Source: Patescibacteria group bacterium (GTDB taxonomy: Bacteria > Patescibacteriota > Minisyncoccia > Phycocordibacterales > UBA9973). Taken from it: 64,000 bases of DNA. Made by a program: the position numbers and the translations under genes. The stretch spans positions 13,477 through 77,476 of the forward strand of contig JBBTYD010000005.1 in NCBI GenBank assembly GCA_038061925.1. Direction: 5' to 3'. Below the pieces are notes generated by a model. It saw only the letters and a list, made by a program, of their open reading frames with translations, had not been told where the DNA came from and did not search any database. Positions within the stretch are counted from its first letter, which is position 1. Each line of letters opens with the position of its first letter. Below are positions 60,301 through 64,000 of the stretch, in pieces.

Positions 60301-60440
60301 AAAAGCCGCTGGCTCTTTCTTAAAGAAAAAGTCTCAACGGACTTCACGATTGGGCTGGGGGTCCTTTACTCAGAGATTAGGACCCCCAGCTTTGACGTAT
60401 GTTCCCAAAAAGAGATACTTATCCATTTACCGTATGGCTT
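60301..60440 (-). ncRNA. putative ~140-nt structured RNA upstream of murB
   Basis: Perfect 12-bp GC stem at 60354-60390; AAGCC/GGCTT closing stem followed by a U-tract on the minus strand. Confidence 0.4.
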
Positions 60441-60510
60441 AATACCTCAATCAAAGAACACAGTCATCGGTATAGTATCACAATTAAAAAAGTATGAAAA
60501 ATTCCCCCTG

Positions 60511-61101
60511 TTAATATCTTAATGTATTGATCGAACCATCTTTATTTAATTTAATTACTTTGGACGCTTTGCCTTCAATCGTTCCCCCATCGATGTACAA
60601 ATCGACTGAATCTCCAAAATATTTTTTCGCTTCAGAAATATTTTGCGCCGGAGGCAGACCTTCTAGATTTGCTGAAGGCGCGATCAGCGGACCTGTTTTT
60701 TTTAATAAGTTTCGCAAACCTTTCTGCCCAGGCAAGCGAAAGGCCAAAGTTTTAGCGCCACGATACAGATACGCGAATGTTTCATCTTCACAATCTAGAA
60801 CAATGCTCACCGGCGCGCGCTTGTTCCCTCCAGAATCGGATCCCCAATATTTTTTGATCGCCTTTTTTTGTTTTTTTGAAATAATAATTGAAAATTTTTC
60901 AAGCTCGCTAATATCCCCAATAAGTATTATGCAAGGTTTGTTGGGCGCGCGTTTCCGCATCTCATAAATGCGATTAACCACCGCAATATTTTGCGCGCAA
61001 CCCAACAGGCCATACAAAGTATCTGTGGGCATAACCACAACACCGTCTGTCTTTAGCGTTTTGACAAGATTCTTATTATTCCGTATATTATCCCAATTCA
61101 T
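60511..61101 (-). CDS. tsaC: L-threonylcarbamoyladenylate synthase (Sua5/TsaC)
   Basis: PTDTLYG, K.R..KP, AFRLP, PSANLEG, IDGG. Confidence 0.92.
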   Translation of the reverse strand: MNWDNIRNNKNLVKTLKTDGVVVMPTDTLYGLLGCAQNIAVVNRIYEMRKRAPNKPCIILIGDISELEKFSIIISKKQKKAIKKYWGSDSGGNKRAPVSIVLDCEDETFAYLYRGAKTLAFRLPGQKGLRNLLKKTGPLIAPSANLEGLPPAQNISEAKKYFGDSVDLYIDGGTIEGKASKVIKLNKDGSINTLRY

Positions 61102-61137
61102 GGAAATTATTCTACTATTACTATATAATTAAACAAT

Positions 61138-61530
61138 ATGATAATAAAAAATATTATTAAGTTTTTAAATAAACTGGAGGACAAAATAAAAAGAAAATTG
61201 AGCCATTATCCTATTCTTTACGCTGTTATCGGAGGGACTGGAATCATCCTATTTTGGCGCGGAATATGGCATTTGGCGGATGATCTGAAGGTCAGTAGCA
61301 TTATTTCAATAATCATTGGATCCGTTATTCTTCTTGTGACAGGAGTATTCGTTTCAGCTTTTATTGGAAACCGACTTATTATTTCTGGTCTGGTGGGTGA
61401 AAAAAAGATAGCGGAAAAAGAAGAAAGTGAAATAGAAACAGAAGAAACCCAACTGCGAAATCTACAAAGCACCTTAAATAAACTGGAAAAGAAACTTGAT
61501 CACATTGATAAAGAGATAGAAGAAAAATAA
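61138..61530 (+). CDS. hypothetical membrane protein with C-terminal coiled coil
   Basis: Two TM segments (LFWRGIW), charged tail, TATAAT upstream. Confidence 0.7.
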   Translation: MIIKNIIKFLNKLEDKIKRKLSHYPILYAVIGGTGIILFWRGIWHLADDLKVSSIISIIIGSVILLVTGVFVSAFIGNRLIISGLVGEKKIAEKEESEIETEETQLRNLQSTLNKLEKKLDHIDKEIEEK

Positions 61531-61532
61531 GG

Positions 61533-61605
61533 GGTGCCTACTGGGAATTGAACCCAGATCAAGAGCTCCACAAGCTCATGTGTTAACCGTTACACCATAG
61601 GCACC
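61533..61605 (-). tRNA. tRNA-His(GUG)
   Basis: Reverse complement GGTGCCTATGGTGTAACGGTTAACACA-TGAGC TT GTG GA GCTCT-TGATCTGGGTTCAATTCCCAGTAGGCACC. Confidence 0.93.
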
Positions 61606-61716
61606 AGGTGTTGCTATTTATACCAAAAAAATTCTATAAATGCCACTTTTCTTTTTTTTAATATAAGAATTATTTGAAAACCTGCAAACAAGTTTGAAAT
61701 TTTCTTTCATCCCCGG

Positions 61717-61787
61717 TGCGGGATGGGAGAATCGAACTCCCAACCTCAGTTTGGAAAACTGACGTTTTACCATTAAACTAATCCCGC
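61717..61787 (-). tRNA. tRNA-Gly(UCC)
   Basis: Anticodon arm TCAGT TT TCC AA ACTGA; acceptor GCGGGAT/ATCCCGC. Confidence 0.95.
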
Positions 61788-61791
61788 AATG

Positions 61792-61862
61792 TCGGGCCGC
61801 TGGGAATTGAACCCAGTCTAAATGCTCCCAAAGCACTTGTACTACCGGTATACTACGGCCCG
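61792..61862 (-). tRNA. tRNA-Pro(UGG)
   Basis: Anticodon arm AGTGC TT TGG GA GCATT; acceptor CGGGCCG/CGGCCCG. Confidence 0.94.
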
Positions 61863-61868
61863 TTTTTG

Positions 61869-61904
61869 TTCGCTAAAGCTTTGGCGGGCAAGCCTGCTTT
61901 TGCT
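61869..61904 (+). repeat. palindromic element family A (intergenic copy)
   Basis: ttcgctaaagctttggcgggcaagcctgcttttgct, between tRNA-Pro and the YraN gene. Confidence 0.6.
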
Positions 61905-61923
61905 TTAACACTGACCCAATATA

Positions 61924-62334
61924 TCATAGAATAATATCTTTGACGACTTTTATTTTTGCATTTTTGTCCTTTAGATTTAAAAATACAACCAATAAATCCA
62001 CTTGCCATTCTCTTTCATCCAGTTTTTTAGATAATAGGTAAGTTTGAATTATGCGCGCGAGCCTTTTTAGTTTCCATGGGTGCATATTGTCTTCGGGTTT
62101 ATATTGATCTAGAGTTTCTTCAATAGCAACACCGCTTAATGTTTCACGCGCAACAGATTTTACTTCTATAAAATATATCTTATTATCTTTTTGAGCTACA
62201 ATATCTATTTCACCCCATTTTTTAGTATAATTTCTTTCTAATATTGAAAAACTATGTTTCATAAGAAACTTTACCGCTACATTTTCACCAATTTCTCCTA
62301 TTTTTTGGGTTTCTGAAGTAAATACTTTAGGCAT
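61924..62334 (-). CDS. YraN family (UPF0102) PD-(D/E)XK nuclease
   Basis: GEIGEN.A..FL, ILERNY, GEIDIVA, FIEVK. Confidence 0.9.
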   Translation of the reverse strand: MPKVFTSETQKIGEIGENVAVKFLMKHSFSILERNYTKKWGEIDIVAQKDNKIYFIEVKSVARETLSGVAIEETLDQYKPEDNMHPWKLKRLARIIQTYLLSKKLDEREWQVDLLVVFLNLKDKNAKIKVVKDIIL

Positions 62335-62626
62335 TTCTTTATTTAAACGAAGCTTTTAATAAAGATCGATATTCTAGTTTCACGAATAACGTTATTAAAT
62401 ATGTTTCACGTGAAACCCTAGGCTTAATTTAATGTCTTTTACTAAAATATCTTTATTTATTAATGTATTTCTAATAAAATAGCCCTTAAGAGACAATTTA
62501 TTAATATGTCCTTTATAAACATTACCAACATAGTTATCCCCAGATCTGTTTAAAATACTCAAGATATTTATGTATTAATATTTTCATAAAGGACAGATGC
62601 TTTTATTTTAACTTATTTCTTTTTAG

Positions 62627-62698
62627 TGCACCCGGGGGGATTTGAACCCTCAATGACAGTTCCGAAGACTGTTGTGATATCCATTTCACTACGGGTGC
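62627..62698 (-). tRNA. tRNA-Arg(UCG)
   Basis: Anticodon arm ACAGT CT TCG GA ACTGT; acceptor GCACCCG/CGGGTGC. Confidence 0.93.
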
Positions 62699-62816
62699 GT
62701 TAATATTGATTATACATTATATCTATTTTTAGTAAAATAGCCTTATTAAAAAGCTTAAAATATAAAATTGCAATATGTTTAATATAATATATAATTAAAT
62801 AATTAAAAATAATTTT

Positions 62817-62887
62817 GCGGTCATGGTTTAGTGGTAGAACACGACCTTGCCAAGGTTGAGACGAGAGTTCGATTCTCTCTGGCCGCA
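62817..62887 (+). tRNA. tRNA-Gly(GCC)
   Basis: CGACC TT GCC AA GGTTG anticodon arm; GAGAGTTCGATTCTCTC T-arm. Confidence 0.95.
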
Positions 62888-63014
62888 CAAAGTAAGGCTA
62901 AGAAGGCAAACTGCTTTGCCTTCGGGAGAGAAACGAAAGACTTTTCGTTATCTACCGAAGGTAGATCGAAAAGCACCTGGCTATGTAGTAGCCGATTCTC
63001 TCTGGCCGCACAAA
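62870..63014 (+). repeat. 22-bp direct repeat of the tRNA-Gly 3' end flanking a ~100-bp hairpin-rich insert
   Basis: cgattctctctggccgcacaaa at 62870-62891 and 62993-63014. Confidence 0.85.
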
Positions 63015-63019
63015 AAATA

Positions 63020-64000
63020 GTGAACTCAATAAATAAAAATTTAAGTAAGGATTTAACATCAAAAATACCAAAGGAAGTTTCACATGTAACAACTACGCTT
63101 GAACAAGCTGGTTTTGAAGCATACTTAGTTGGTGGATGTGTTCGAGATCTCTTGATGTCACAGATCCTGAATCCAATCGAAGGAGATAAAGAACCAAAAG
63201 ATTGGGATATTACGACAAATGCTAAGCCGGAACAAATTATCGGTCTTTTTGAGAAGACTATTTATAAAAATAACTTTGGAACTGTCGGAGTCTGTGTTTC
63301 TTCCTTCAACCATACTAAAGATGTTCCATGTGAAACATTTACTGATAATGTTATTCGTGAAACACCAAAATATGAAATTATTGAGGTTACACCATATAGA
63401 ATTGATGTAAAATATAGCGATTTTAGACATCCGGATGAAGTTAAATTTAGTAATAAACTTGAAGATGACCTTAAAAGACGAGATTTTACAATAAATGCTA
63501 TGGCCTATGGAAAAGGACATCTAGTGGATGTCTTTGATGGTCTAAAGGACATAAAGGACAAGACATTAAGAGCGGTTGGAAAGCCAAATGACCGTTTTCA
63601 GGAAGATGCCCTTCGAATGTTGCGCGCTGTGCGTTTATCTTGCCAATTAGATTTTTCTGTGTCATATGAAACAACCGAAAGTATTTTTAAAAATGCGGAT
63701 TTAATAAAAAAAATATCACCCGAACGCATACATGATGAATTTGTAAAAATAATTATGTCGAAAAATCCGAGCAGTGGAATTGTAATGTTGTATAAATTTA
63801 ATTTGTTAAAAAATATAATTCCGGAACTCGAGGCAGGGATAGGCTGTGAACAATTAGGGGAACATATTTACGATGTCTGGGAGCATTTGCTTCATGCCTT
63901 GCAACATGCGGCAAACAAGAATTGGTCTTTAGAAATAAGGCTTGCAGCGCTTTTTCACGATATTGGGAAACCGAAAACAAGGAGATTGGCAGAACTACCG
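63020..64000 (+). CDS. cca: CCA tRNA nucleotidyltransferase / poly(A) polymerase family with HD domain, 3'-truncated by window edge
   Basis: GTG start; AYLVGGCVRD, DWDITT, DLKRRDFTINAMA, RFQEDALRMLRAVR, ERI.DE, FHDIGKP. Confidence 0.93.
   Translation, partial: MNSINKNLSKDLTSKIPKEVSHVTTTLEQAGFEAYLVGGCVRDLLMSQILNPIEGDKEPKDWDITTNAKPEQIIGLFEKTIYKNNFGTVGVCVSSFNHTKDVPCETFTDNVIRETPKYEIIEVTPYRIDVKYSDFRHPDEVKFSNKLEDDLKRRDFTINAMAYGKGHLVDVFDGLKDIKDKTLRAVGKPNDRFQEDALRMLRAVRLSCQLDFSVSYETTESIFKNADLIKKISPERIHDEFVKIIMSKNPSSGIVMLYKFNLLKNIIPELEAGIGCEQLGEHIYDVWEHLLHALQHAANKNWSLEIRLAALFHDIGKPKTRRLAELP

Larger units (their letters stand above)
62140..63364. promoter_or_regulatory. cluster of parS-like sites
   Basis: TGTTTCACGTGAAACC at 62402-62417, plus variants at 62140, 62376, 63076, 63322 and 63349. 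Confidence 0.8.

Noticed and set aside
61618-62888. short ORFs 61618-61836 and 62700-62888
   Set aside because: They are shadows of tRNA genes.
672-63980. numerous 60-150-aa ORFs antisense to or nested in long genes
   Set aside because: They overlap confidently identified CDSs and carry no recognisable motifs.
1-64000. CRISPR array, rRNA, integrase, transposase, reverse transcriptase/DGR
   Set aside because: No regularly spaced repeats, rRNA-like sequence or catalytic motifs for these were recognised.

Overview
AT-rich bacterial chromosome segment around the replication origin. Gene content and style point to a Patescibacteria/CPR (Parcubacteria-like) genome: short PolA and YidC, leaderless genes, tRNA-Arg(UCG) and a chromosomal VirB4/PrgI cluster. 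This assignment is inference. From left to right the window holds: an RHS polymorphic-toxin locus abutting tRNA-Lys; holA-like and polA; a PilB/GspE ATPase; a dapB-dapA-dapL-kinase-dapF operon; ruvB/ruvC; tyrS; PBP1A; dnaN-oriC-dnaA-rpmH-rnpA-yidD-yidC-jag; a T4SS-like cluster; ksgA and pcrA; a LysM/M23 peptidase; rpsL-rpsG-fusA; thyA-folA facing a six-gene putative folate/nucleotide salvage operon; rplK-nusG-secE; a RelE-type TA pair; murB and tsaC; five more tRNAs; a parS cluster; and a CCA-adding enzyme. Four signals stand out. (1) Several families of palindromic DNA elements sit in frame inside core genes (polA, pcrA, fusA, thyA, ruvC, dapF, ksgA, RHS). (2) A VUT transporter/RibD-like/CofE-like/ATP-grasp/dCMP deaminase/MazG operon faces thyA-folA. 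(3) Two ~140-nt structured intergenic RNAs lie upstream of dapB and murB. (4) parS-like sites are embedded in coding sequence. All calls come from reading the sequence by eye; no database searches were run.
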